Assembly (NCBI GenBank): GCA_013239625.1 | Contig: MU053934.1 | Location: forward strand, 961,285 to 1,025,284 | Length of the DNA stretch: 64,000 nt | Reading direction: 5' to 3' | Source of the DNA: Lama guanicoe | Lineage: Eukaryota | The notes under the pieces: generated by a model | What the model saw: the letters and a program-made list of their open reading frames with translations, nothing else | Databases searched by the model: none | What the model was told of the DNA's origin: nothing | In this document: piece after piece, positions 1 to 12,565 of the stretch | Numbering within the stretch: position 1 is the stretch's first letter | Layout: the number at the start of each line of letters is the position of its first letter | Position numbers and translations under genes: made by a program

Positions 1-627
1 ACAAAAGTATGTTGTGTAATTAGTGTAAGCAGGTCCTAAAGCCCATTGAAACTGCTGACTTTTGTAGGCTCAGTAGGCAGAGTGATGTCGCATCCAAGTA
101 CTGACAAAGCAGATTGGTCATTTATTGTCACCTCTCCACCACTCAGGCAGCAAAAGCATTCCCAAGTCAGGGGAGTACAGATGGTCCAACAATTTGGCTT
201 GGAGATAGTATATCCTGTTGCTAAGAAATGATGTTGAGACAGTGACGCTGCAGATCTAGGGTAAGAAGCAAAGAGAGATAATTTATGTACATAGAGACAG
301 ATCCCTAGACAGAGACCATCGATTCACTCATGCAACCATTGTTTATTGAGCATCTCCCTTCTAGTAGGCACTAGGTTTAAATCAATAAGCAGCAAAACTT
401 CAGACCCACATCTCATCAAGCTGGTAGCCTGCAGGAAACACAGACCATGAAGTACAGGAGAAAATGTACTGCATGCTGCAATATAAAAAGCATGGTGCAG
501 CTGGGGAAATAGCTGAAGGCATCATACCTCATTCATGCGTCTTAGGAAAGACTCCCTGAAGATAATATTTACACCAAAATTCAAGAATGAGTAGCAGGAT
601 TAGGGTTCTAACAGGTACCTTGACCCC

Positions 628-824
628 CATTTCTTTTTTTTAACATTTTTTATCGAGTTATAATCATTTTACAATGTTGTGTCAAATTCCACAGTAGAGC
701 ACAATTTTTCAGTTATACATGAACATATAGATAAACAAGATTATACTGTATAGCACAGGGAAATATATACAAGATCTTATGGTAGCTCACAGAGAAAAAA
801 ATGTGACAATGGGCTCATTTCTTT
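628..824 (-). mobile_element. Very short young L1 insertion with 5' inversion (camelid-type L1 3' end)
   Basis: Poly(T) and reverse-complemented L1 3' terminus (~632-729), then the adjacent L1 3'UTR piece in the opposite orientation (~728-811). Flanking direct repeat CATTTCTTT at 628-636 and 816-824. Confidence 0.85.
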
Positions 825-829
825 ATTTC

Positions 830-1550
830 AGTTATTTCAGCATTTAAAAATGCTGCTATGTTCCAAGTCCTGTAACCCAGTAGCCTCCCTGGCTACTGAG
901 TTTAGAAACATAGAATGAAGTGTGGGGATGAATGCGCAGAGAGATGGTATGAGCAAAGTGCTGTGGAGAGGGCCACAGAGAAGTGAAGAGCCACTTCTCC
1001 TGGAAGAGGTCATTGAGAAGATTGAGGATTGAGAGAAAAGTAGGAATTTTCCCAGTGAAGAAGGTTTTAAAAAGTTGATTTTAGGCCTAGTGCGCACAGA
1101 GGTATGAAGCAGTGAGAAATCCAGGAATGTCCAGAGGACTGTGAGAAGTGCTGTTTGAGTGGGAGGGACACAAGGGTGTGTGATGGAGATGAGTCTGGAG
1201 TGGTCCGTGGGGGCCAGATGAAATATGCCAAAAGGAACACAAGAATACAGAGAAGTGTTCTTTCAGGCAAAGTGGAATTTACAAAGGATTTGATGCAGAA
1301 GAATGCCACAGTCAGATTTGCAGTTCAGAAATACCATTGGAGTTATTTTTCTAGGAGAAGAGCAAGAGACACGCACTGCAGTCTGCAGCTGTTATATCGG
1401 TTCAGGTGATGGGTGATGAAGGCCAGAATTAAGGCAGTCTTGATAGGCAGAAGGGAAATGTTTAAAAGTTTTCTGAGGGTATATTTCCAGGTTTGGGTGT
1501 CTGGTTAAATGTTAAGATAAGGGGGAAAAAAGAAGACAAGAATGATTGAC
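830..1550 (-). mobile_element. Degraded L2 LINE fragment
   Basis: Purine-rich antisense L2-like sequence starting with a TTCA-type 3' tail. Confidence 0.55.
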
Positions 1551-1682
1551 ACTTTATGCTCAAGGCTCAAGGATTCTCCACTCTGCTGTATACTAGAAAC
1601 ACCTGGGAAGTTTTGAAAAACTAAGCAAGCCTGGGCCTAAGAGCAAAACAGTTGAAATCTCTAGGGTACAGTCTAGGCGACT

Positions 1683-4600
1683 TTATTTTATTTATTTTTT
1701 AATTGAAGGGTAATGAGTTACATTTTGTTGTATTATTTTCACTTCACATAGTGATTCAATACCTTTGCACATTACAAAACGATCACCACCTGTCATCAAA
1801 GTTATTACAATAATATTTACTATATTCCCTGTGTTGCGCATTATATACCGAGGAATTGTTTATTTTATAACTGGAAGTGTGTACCTCTCAGTCTCCCTTC
1901 CCTATTTAGCACTTTCGTTTTCTTTGGGGAAAAACTCAGAAATGGAATTGCTGAATCCTATGGTTCTTCTATTTTTAATTTTGGGGGGAACCTACATACT
2001 GTTTTCCACAGTGGCTGTACTGATTTACATTCCCATCAACAGTGCATGAGGGTTCCCTGTTCTCCACAGTCTCAACAATATTTGTTACTTGTTGTCTTCT
2101 TGATGACAGCCATTCTGACAGGTGTGACGCAGCATCTCCTAGTGGTTTTGATTTGCATTTCCCTGATGATGAGGGATGCTGAACAGCTTTTCATGTGTCT
2201 GTTGGCCATCTGTATGTCTTCACTGGAAAAATGTCTATTCAGGTCTTCTGCCCATTTTTAAATCTGATAGTTTGTTTTCTTGGTGTTGAGTTGTATTCAT
2301 TCTTTATCTATTTTGGATATTTCCTTCTTATAAGATATACCACTTGCAAATGTTAATTTTAATATCTAAAAGCCTATTAAGTTAATTTTAACATTTAACA
2401 GCCTATTAAGTGGGCTGCCTTTTTATTTTGTTGATATTTTCCTTCACCATGTGAAAGATTTTTTTATTTGATGTAGTCTCATTTGTTAATTTTTGCTTTT
2501 GTTGCCAATGCCTGAGGAGACAGATCCACAAACATATTGCTAAAACTTATGTCAAAGACTGTGCTGTCTATGTTTTCTTCTAGGAGTTTTATGGTGTCAG
2601 ATCTTACTTGTAAGTCATTAGTCCATTTTGATTTTGGTTTTGTATATGGCATGAGAAAGTAGTCCAGCTTTGTTTTTTTTTTGCATATAGCTGTCCTGTT
2701 TTCCCAGCACAACTTATTAAAGAAATATCTTTTCCCCCTTTGTCATAGATTAACTGCCCATCTAAATGTGGGTTTATTTCTGGGCTCTCTACTGTGTTCC
2801 ATTGATCTATATGTCTGTTTTTGTGCTAGTACCATACTATTTTGATTATTGTAACTCTGTAGTATAGTTTGAAATCAGGGAGTGTTATCACTCAAGCTTT
2901 GTTCTTCTTTTCATGACTGCCTTAGCTATTCAGGGTCTTTTTGTGCCTCCATATACATTATTAAATTATTTGCTCTAGTTCTGTGAAAAATGCAATTGGT
3001 ATTTTAATTTTACATTGAATCTGTAGATTACCTTGGGTGGTATGGTTTTAACAAAATCAATTCTTTCAATCCATGGAGACAGTAAATCTTTCTGTTTGTT
3101 TGTGTCATCTTCAATTTCTTTTGTCAATGTCATAGTTTTCTGAGTATAGGTCTTTTACCTCCTTAGTTAGATTTATTCCTAGGTATTTTATTCTTTTTGA
3201 TACAGTTTTAAATGGGGTTACTTTCTTAATTTCTTTTTCTAATAGATCATTGTTAGTGTATAGAACACATCAGATTTCTGTGTATTAATTTATATTCGGC
3301 AACTTGACTGAATTCATTTATTCTAATTGTTTTTTGTGATGTCTTTAGAATTGTCTATATAGCATTTTGTCATCTATAAACGGTGACAGTTTTACTTCTT
3401 CCTTTCCAATTTGGATTATTTTTCTGTCTATTTCTTGTCTGAATGCTGTAGCTAGGACTTCCAGTACTATGATGAATAAAAATGGTGAGAGAGGGCATCT
3501 TTGTCTTGTTCCTGATCTTAGAGGTAATGCTTTCAACTTCTCACCATTAAGTATGATATGTGGCTCTGTCATTTATGGCTTTTATTATGTTGAGGTATGT
3601 TCCCTCTATACCCACTTTATTGAGAGCTTTTACAATAAATGGATGTTAAATTTTGTAGAAAGTTTTCTCTGAATCTTTCAAGGTGGTCATATGATTTTTA
3701 TTCTTCACTTTGTTGATGTGGTGTATCATATGAATTGATTTATGAGTATTGAACCATCCTTGCATTCCTTGGATAAATCCCACTTGATCATGTTGCGTGG
3801 CCCTTTTATATTTAAAGTAATTATTGGTAGATATGTACTTACTGACATTTTGTTAATTGTTCTCTGAATGTTTTAGTAGTTCTTTTTCCCCTTACTTCTT
3901 CTTTTGTTCTCTTCTCTTGTGATTTGACACTAGTTTGGGTATTATGTTTGGATTATTTTCATTTTGTGTGTGTTTGTATGTATTATAGATTTTTGGCTTG
4001 TGGTTACTATAAAGCTGATGATTTTTAAGTTTGAACACATTCTATCAACCCTGCATTTTTACTCCCCCAATCATGTTTAATGTTTTTAACATCATATTTT
4101 ATATCTTTTTGTTTTGGATATTTTTAACTGTTTGTGGATGTAGATGATTTTACTACTTTGCCTTTTAATCTTTCTACTAGCTTCATAAGTGGTTGATCTG
4201 CTACCTTTACTGTATGTTTGTCTCTACCAGTGAGAGTTTTCCTTTCATAATTTTCATATTTCTAGTTGTGGCCTTTGCTTTTCTCCTTAGAGAAGTCCCC
4301 TTACCATTTCTTATAATGCTGGTTTAGTTGTGATGAACTATTTTTGCTTTTGCTTGTCTGTAAAACCTTTTATCTCTCCTTCAAATCTGAATGATAACCT
4401 TGCTAGGTAAAGTATTCATGATTGTAAGGTTTTTTTCCTTTTATCACTTTAAATATATCATGAGGTTCCTGTCTGGGTCTGCAAAGTTTCTGCTGAAAAG
4501 TCAGCTGGTGGTCTTATGGGAGTTCTTTTATTTGCAAATATTGCTTTTCTCTTGCTGTAATTAAGATTCCCTCTTTGTCTTTAATTTTTGCCATTTTAAT

Positions 4601-5795
4601 TCTATGTGTCTTGGTATGGATCTCTTTGGGTTCATTTTGTTTGGAACTCTCTGTGCTTCTTGGACCTGGATGTCTGTTTCTTTTTTCAGGTTATGGTGTT
4701 TTTTAACTGTTATTTCTTCAGATAAGTTCTCTACCTCTTTCTCTCTCTCTTCTCCTGGGACCTCTGTAATGTGAATGTTATCTGCTTGATGATGTCTCAG
4801 AGGTCTCTTGAACTACTCTCGTTTTAAAACATTGTTTTTATTTTTTTCTCTGATCCTTTCCTCTGTATCATCTAACCTGCTGTTGATTTTTTCTAGTGTA
4901 TTTTTACAGTCATTCCTTTCTTCAGTTCTGTCTGGTTCTTTTTTGTATCTTCTAACTCTTTGTTGAATTTCTCACTGTGCTCTCTCATTCTTCTGAGTTT
5001 GTTGAGCATCATTATGATCATGATTTTGAACTCCTTATTGGGTAGATTGCTTATCTCAGCTTCACTTGATTCTTCTTCTAAGGTTTTGTCTTGTTCCTTT
5101 GGGACGTATTCTTTATCTCCTCATTTTGCCTAATTCTCTGTATTAGGTAGATCAGGTATGCTTCCCTTATTAAGAAGGGGTCTTATATAGATGTCTTGCA
5201 GGGCAAAGCACCACACTTCCCTCTGGTCACCATAATTACGTCCTCTAAGGGTGCTCCCTATGTGGGCTGTGTGGTCCCTTCCTTTGTGGTGGGGTCAATA
5301 ACTGTGGGTGCACTTGTATGTGGGAATGGTCCCGGGCCCAGCTGGCTGTCAGATTCTGCCTTGTGTGGTGGTTGCTGACATACTGGTGGATGGTGCCAGG
5401 TCCTGGGGTGGCTGTTTGAGCAACCCAGGGGATCCTGAAGCTGATGTAGGTCTAGAGGGTGTGGCTGGGTCCCAGCGTGGCTGGTTCCTCAGCCTGTGGG
5501 GTCCTGGGACAGGTGCTGGCTCCCTGGTTAATGGGTAAGCCCCTGGTGCTAACAGGCTAAAGAAAGAACTCCAATGTATTGCTCATGGTAGACTGAGCTC
5601 CTAAAAAATGGCTGCTACCAGTGTCTATGTTCCCAGGGGGAGTCTTTGGTGACTCCTGCCTCTCCAGGGGGTGCTCCAAGATCAGCAAGTGAGTGTGACT
5701 TGGGCTCCTGAACATTATTGCCTCTGTGCTTGGACTCAAAGATTGTGAGATTTTGCACTCACCCTTGAAGAGTGGAGTCTTTGTTTCCTACAGCA
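1683..5795 (-). mobile_element. Old, internally deleted L1 LINE (3'UTR, ORF2 remnants, ORF1 and 5' region)
   Basis: Poly(T) at ~1683. ORF 3345-3572(-) [27 protein letters not shown]...GKEEVKLS matches the L1 ORF2 RT domain. ORF 2479-2712(-) [10 protein letters not shown]...IKLLEENI...KAKINK matches the ORF2 C-terminal region. Sequence jumps to ORF1-like DNA near 3810. Confidence 0.9.
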
Positions 5796-5959
5796 CTTTT
5801 TATTGTATCAATTACATCTATTATGTTGGGAAACACTGGATTATACTTAAATCTTGTATTTTAGCAAACAATCATCTCATTTTGGTTTTGTGTATAGGTC
5901 TTAGCCTACTTTTTGGACCTTGGTTCCAACGAAAGTTTAATTTTTAGTGACTGTGCAGT

Positions 5960-6620
5960 GTTACTTTTCATCTGCTTGGTTTACCTGGTGCTGCTAAGAT
6001 TCCATTTTGTCCCTGCTGGTGCTGCCTGATGGGACGGAATGACTTCCTAGGGGTGGGGCAGGGAGCTGTTAGGTGCCTCTTTGCTGGAGATCTTCCTACT
6101 GGCGCCCCTCCTTTGCCTTGGTGTCTCTGGCAAGGGGAGTAGAGTATCTGGTCCATATGTACAAATAGGCTGTCTGGACTGGGAGCTTGCTGTGACTGAG
6201 TCTCCCCTGCTAATTCTGCCACTGCCCTCGTTATCTCTCAGCAGAAAAGAAGAGTCTTTCTTTGTTCCTGTAAGAAAACAAGAGCACCTCACCGTGATGC
6301 TAGTCTTACTTAATGCTGTCAGAGGGTCTTCTATTTGCTCTAGAGGAGGAACGAATCTATGTGAGATGTTTTCTGTTATCAGGTCATGGGTAAAGAACAT
6401 TAGGCCTAAGTGTCCTTCTTCTGTTGGGTAGGAGGTACAGGATGCCCAGCCACTGTTCTGTTCCTCTAGTCCTAGGGTCCCAAGCCTGCTTGCTTTCTTC
6501 TTACAAATGTCAGAGTTTTCTTTTATGACTTTTGTGTCATTATTGGGATTTATAGTTGTGCTTAAGGGGCAGGATCAGGGAAAATCAGACCTACGTCATC
6601 TTGTCTAGATCAGAAGTTCT
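5960..6620 (-). mobile_element. Ancient L1M 5'-end fragment
   Basis: Resembles recalled L1M 5' region consensus in antisense. Confidence 0.45.
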
Positions 6621-6835
6621 ACCTCCTGTTTTTGTAAATAACATTACATTGGAACACATCCACTTTCATTCATTTTATATAATGTCTATGGCTTCTTTTG
6701 TGCCGCAGCAGCAGGACTGAGTGCAATAGACACCATCTTTCCCCTTTACACTGAGAGACACTCAGTGTTACCTGAGTTAGCATAAAGTATTTATTATCTG
6801 ACCCTTTAATGGATAAAGCTTTCCAGCTGCTGGTG
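6620..6835. mobile_element. MER58-like hAT-Charlie element
   Basis: cctgtttttgtaaataa...ggaacaca...cattcatt...gtctatggct...tatttattatctgacccttta. Confidence 0.65.
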
Positions 6836-9039
6836 TAGGTGATCCATTGACAAGGAGGTCATGGTTGAGAGGTTTCAAACAACTAGCCTAGCCTCTTGGC
6901 CAAGTATCTACTTAGGCAGTATCTGCTGACCTAGACACAGACTTGATTAATAACCAAATACATTTTAAAGTTCTTTCATATTGGTTATTCCATTTGATCC
7001 TCACAACAGCCATACGAAATGGAACAGTAATAGATTAATAGCAGCCATCACGTAAATGAGAAAATTGAGGACCTGAGAGTCCTAATGGTGAGTCTCTGGA
7101 ATTATCCAGAATGTAGGTACAAGCCAGAGCTATATCTTTGATCTCATGACACATGATTCAATATATTGCACTGACTCTCAAGACAAAGCATAGCTTTTGC
7201 TGCCTGATGTCCTTAGAGAGCTTATAATATATATACAGATACAAAATAAGACCCCTACAAAAGATTGAGAGGTCATAAAAATACTATGTGTGTAATCTTA
7301 GCTCTAAAGTAGTACCCTAATCTTGCTGCAATAGAAGAGGAATTCATTTAACTAATCGCTTTTTAATTTTTCTATGCCATACACTGCACTTTACGTACCT
7401 TTATTTTCCATAATCTTAAACTTTAATACATATGGCAAATGAGTTACTGAGATACTTCCTCAAGTCAATAAACAACTAATGCTTTTAGATTCATTATGTT
7501 TTATAAAGCATTTCACAATCATTGTATCATTGACCGACCACCTCTAATAATCATGCAATGTAGGTATCAGTTCCCTATTTTACAGAAGAGAACTCTATAA
7601 AGTTTAGTGAAATTCACTATTTTGCTTGAAGTTGCCCAGTAAGCAGTGTAACTAGAATCTGAACCCAGGTCAGTCTGATATTTATTTTACAATATATACT
7701 TGCTTGCACAGGACGTTAGACATGGAATGGAGTCAATGTATGAGTTGGAATGGAGTCAGTGTAGGAGTTTATAGTTTATTTAATTCCACTGATGAGGAAA
7801 CTGAGACTTGGGGGAAGGGGAAAACCATGTCTAGGGCTGGAATGTCTGTGGCTATAATTTTATTTCTCTTCCTTTCCATAAGCTTTTCGAGATTTTAACT
7901 TTTATAGTTTCATTAACACTTTCTGTGAAATGAAAAAAAAAGACACTGTTCTTATGAAATAAAATAGAGATTAGTAGCCTTCCATTTGCTTCTTATTGTC
8001 TGCTTTTCTGCTAAAGGGTATTTGAAGAGAGGGTTCATTTGTTCAAAACAAAGAGGGAGGCCTTTTCGTACTTTTCCAGCTGGCTTCCAATTTGGGGGAT
8101 GTGAGTAATTGTTTATCTAGAGATTACCAACCCATGGCTCCTAACTAATCCCCAGCCCCAGGGGACTAGTGAATGTGATGTTACATTTATTTGTAGATGA
8201 GGTTGTACGCAAGCAGGGGGCCCATGTTTCCTCTGATAGACACAAGCAGTTCTTCCATCTGCTCCCATGTGTAGGGGGCTTGGGGAAGAGGGATGAGGCT
8301 GTTTCTGAACTTGAATCTGCAGGAAAATCAGGCAGGCTGGGAATAGTTTACTAATGGCCCTGGTTAGTAACAGGTGTGTATACATACTTATGAATATGAC
8401 TGTACTATGTGTGTGCATGCATTTGTATGCGGGGATTTGAAAGTGCACATGCATTGGCTACTTGTGATTGTGCAGGAGACTTTGGGGTGTGCACAAAGAT
8501 GTGTATGTGTATGTATGGAATGATTGTGTCATGTAGGGGGATTTTTGTGTATGTGTTTGCTCATCTGTGGAATGTAAGTTGCATGAATGTACTTGCTGAT
8601 TTAACATATATAGTGAAAATGAGTAATATAATGTTGCTGCATGAAGTGTGGTCATGCTTATATTAATCTATATGTAGGGATTTTCCTCCTAACTTTAGAT
8701 GATTATTTCTTCAAGAAGAGAGGAAAATTCCACTCTCCTGACCTCCCTCCTTCTGTGAAACTCAGGTCGAGAGTGACATCAGCCTTGTATCTGGGCCAGA
8801 TGAATCTGTGAAATGGATTTGAGTATGGTCTGAAGACGGGTTTGTGCAGTATCCCTGAGCCAGCATCTTAAGATAGGACTGTTTATCCAAGAGGGGAACA
8901 GAGCCAGGAGACAAATCAGAGCTTATGGACTTGCTCCACATTGCCTTAGATGACCTTGGACAGAACTACAAGGGATGAGGCAGTGGGAGGCTCAAACTCT
9001 AGAGACGCCCAAGAGAAGGAGGGCATTTGTCATACATTC

Positions 9040-9128
9040 CCTTTTTTGGCACCCTTGTCAAAAATCAGCAGACCATAGATGTACACGTTTATTTCTGGAC
9101 TCTCACTTTTACTCCATTGGTTTATATG
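9040..9128 (-). mobile_element. Isolated ~90-bp L1 ORF2 fragment without tail
   Basis: ttggcacccttgtcaaaaatcag...tttatttctggactctc...ccattggtttatatg resembles the L1 segment at ~2735-2812 of this window. Confidence 0.7.
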
Positions 9129-9194
9129 CCACCCACAGTCTTTTGAGCATACAATTTCTGCATGAATGGAAACTGTCCCAAAGACACGACTAGA

Positions 9195-10050
9195 GAATCT
9201 TGTGGGTGCTGAAAGGGACTTCAGAGCCCAAGTCCATCCGCCCCAACCATGTGGGATCCCACCGCAGCTTCCTTGACAAAAGTTTTTCCAGCCTTGGGTC
9301 AAGTACCTCCTGAGGTGATGCTGTATATCCCCACTGTTACACAGCACAGACGTTCCTAGGAAGTCCTCCTTCTCTGGGGACGACTTCTGCCTAAACATAA
9401 CCTCTACCTCTCTCTCTCCTTCAGGCTCATGATGAGTAAATGACCATCTTTCTTTTGAGGGTAGTAAGACGTAATGATAAGAACACCAGCTTGGTTCTGT
9501 GTTCCAATCCCACCTTGTCACCGACCAGTTATGAAATCTTAGGTAGGGGATCTTCCTAAGTGCCGGGTTCCTCCCGTGGAAAGTGAAAGCGGGAATGATG
9601 CTCCATGCCCCACAATGCCGTTGGATAGATTCAATGAGATAATGACTTTAAAGCGCAAATTTCTTACATCTCCCAAATCTCCTTTTCTTTAGTTCAAGAA
9701 GCCACATTTCGCTCAGTGGTCCTGCATTTTCACGTTATTCACAGACCCTCTGGATTTTGTTTTCCGTCTTCCAGATGTGCTTCAGTTTGCTGATGCTGTT
9801 TTGAAAGTGTGGTTCTCAGGTTTGAACACAGGACCACAACTGTGCATTGAGTGTCCCAGAGGGACCAGATGTTCACCTTCTTTATAAGGAAAAAACATAG
9901 CTCTATTAATAGCTTTCCGTAGATGTATCCTGCTGTCGCTATACTGACTCACAGCATGATTCAAACATTAAGTCGTTAGGGAAGCTCATGGTCACTTCCA
10001 GTCCTCCTTCATCCAGTATTTGAAGAGGGAATTTTTTAACCTGAGGGGAT
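9195..10050. mobile_element. L3/CR1 fragments interrupted by a MIR (~9465-9660, +)
   Basis: CR1-like motifs (gaaagggacttcagag; aaagtgtggttctcaggtttgaacacagg) and a MIR core. Confidence 0.45.
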
Positions 10051-10069
10051 TCATTCATATTTAGTCACA

Positions 10070-10570
10070 AGAAATTAAGCTCATCTTCATTACCAAGGCC
10101 CCGTGCAAACTGGTCCTTGCTTAGATCTCATTTCCTACTACTCTCCTCCTCCTCCTCCCTTCTTCCACTCCAGTCCCTCTGGTCTAATTCTTACAACCTC
10201 ACCATGGCCATTCCCAGCTCAGGAACCTGGAACAAGGTACTGCTGTGAACAAGAGAGCTCTTCCTACTCCTACACTTTCTCATGACTGTCTCCTTCTTAT
10301 GAGACAGCTCTTTCCCGAACCACAAACCACAAACTGCTAACGATCCCCTTTCCACCTACCTACACTCTGTTTCATCCTGCTTTGTAGCACTTGTCACAGT
10401 TAGTAATTATCTTATTGTTTTACTTGTTTACCTTCAGAACTAGAATGTAAGCTAACAAAGCAACTGTATATACCTTGTCTCCCTTGTTGATCTCCAAATC
10501 CCAGCATCCAATACAATGTCTGGCACATGTGGACACCCAGTAAATAAATATATTTTGAGTGAAAGAACAC
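10070..10570 (+). mobile_element. L2 3' fragment
   Basis: Ends in tagaatgtaagc...tctggcacatgtggacacccagtaaataaatatattttgagtgaa. Confidence 0.7.
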
Positions 10571-11561
10571 ACGCATTCATGGATGAGTTTATTCCTGTTG
10601 TCTATAATCTAACTGGATTTAGTCACTTTGATGGAAGCTCTAAATTACACTTTTTGAATCATGCTTGCTCATCTAGTTCTCTTGGCACTGTATCATGTAC
10701 ACATTGGCTCAGTGTGCTAAATCTTCACCCAACTGGTGGAACTATTGATGAGGGTGGGTCCCAGGATGAGCGCACAACAAGCCACTCAAGATTCCCTGCC
10801 CCCAAATTTTGGAATATTCTCCAGGGCACAAGGAGAGCTGCTATGGGATGGGGAGGGTAACCCAAAGCAAATTCAGCCTCATTAAGGGAAGAAGAAACCA
10901 TGGTACGTGTCTTACATTGAATTTCATTTGGGGGCCTTCTGTGAGTTCAAAAATTGGCAGTGTACATTGACAGCAGCAACAATATTAATCAAAATTATTT
11001 TCTCATCTGTAAAGTAGGGATATTATTAAATTCAACAGTAAAATATTGGTGAATTCACTTGGCTCAATCTACTGATCATGCCTGCCTCCTAGGATTGTTG
11101 TGAAGATTAAATGAGAATACATACAGGAAATCTTAGCATTGTCTCTGGCACCTGTTGCACTGTCTGTGCAATGTTTGTGACTATCATTGCTTTTATTTTG
11201 CTGATATTATTACTGAATGCCCACTATGGGTCAAACACTCTGCTATGTGTTTTACAGAGGTCCTCTCACTTAATGGTGAAGATGGAACATTTCCTTCTTG
11301 CTCCTGCTGTTCCTTTCCATTCGTGGGGACATGAATTAGTGTAACACTCCTGGCTTCTCACCCTTCTCCTCCATCTTTTGCTTCTGCTGAAGTTGTATTT
11401 TTTTTCTCTTTGGTGAGATGGAAAGGAGGAAGTACTCAGGAGTAGCTCAGTCCTTTCTCTTTCTCTTCTTACTGAAGGAGATACCCACCTGGTGCGTCTG
11501 TATTCTCTGGTCCCCCAGTCATAGACCTCCCCAGGCTGAGCAGCCCAGCCAGCCTTTGTAC

Positions 11562-12019
11562 TGCTTCTGAACACAAATCAGCATCAGCCAAAAATTAACC
11601 AGTGGATCTAAGAAAGAAATGGGGAATTTTATTTGAGCCAGATTTGAAGATTATAACCCAGGAAGAGCAACTCTGAAAGCTCTGAGGACTGTTCCTCCTG
11701 ATAGAGGACAAGGCAGAGTTATGTAAGGTTTTTGAGACAGAAGGCTTTACATCAGATGGTGTATGATTGACAGTTTACATAATCCAGATCGCAGTGTCAT
11801 GTGACTCCTTATGAGATCAAGAAGGAATGTTAAGGAGTCGCCTTGCTGATGCTAGGAGAATGTTGCTCTCTACGTTTGAGGGAGTATTTCTGCAGATGGG
11901 GGAGTTTTGGTCAGTGCATCATGCAGACACTAGTATGGGGGAGAGAGGAGGCCAAAGGGCAGAGAATTTTTTGTTTAAAATTTTCTTATCTTGCCATAAA
12001 ACATTAATTTTATTTCACA
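11562..12019 (-). mobile_element. Solo LTR, ERV1-like (~460 bp)
   Basis: TG...CA termini and an AATAAA on the minus strand (tttatt at ~11627). Little decayed relative to neighbours. No clean TSD found. Confidence 0.6.
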
Positions 12020-12283
12020 CCGAGGAAGCTGCCACCATCCCAGTCACACACATAAGTCCTGGACAGTGGTGGCAGGTGGCTTATGGAACTGTGGATACAT
12101 TACATGTAATACTGTCCCAGATGAGTATGAGAGAGACGCATGGCCCCCGGAAGAAGCGTAGGAGGACTTGTTTCCCCTTCCTTTGAGGAAATGTTGCTGC
12201 CAAACTCTTTGCTTTAGGGGTTTTATAGTTTAGGTTCTGGGGAGGGAGTTGGGGGTGGAATATAGCATACAAAATATATTGGT

Positions 12284-12565
12284 TTTTTTTTACAGAACAG
12301 CTTTACTGAGATACCATGCACATGCCACACAATTCACCCATTTAAAGTATAAAATTCAGTGGTTTTTAGCATACCTGCAGACTCGTGCAACCATCACCAG
12401 TCAATTTTAGAATATTTTTATCATCCCGAAAAGAAACCCTAGACCCAATAGCAGTCACTTCCGTTTTCCCTTCAAGCCCCCAGCCTTAGGCAGCTACTAA
12501 ACTACTTTCTTTTTATCTCTATAGATTTGCTTATTCTGGATATTTCGCTTAAATGAACTGATATA
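12284..12565 (-). mobile_element. L1MB-type 3' end fragment
   Basis: cagctttactgagata...aattcacccatttaaagtata...gtgcaaccatcacca. Confidence 0.8.

Noticed and set aside
8080..8100. Plus-strand 21-nt AG...GT unit (similar ones near 17723 and 35034)
   Set aside because: No consistent plus-strand chain. These illustrate the background rate of pseudo-exons and lower confidence in the minus-strand set.
8370..8680. Cys/His-rich ORFs
   Set aside because: Translation of degenerate TG/CA low-complexity DNA
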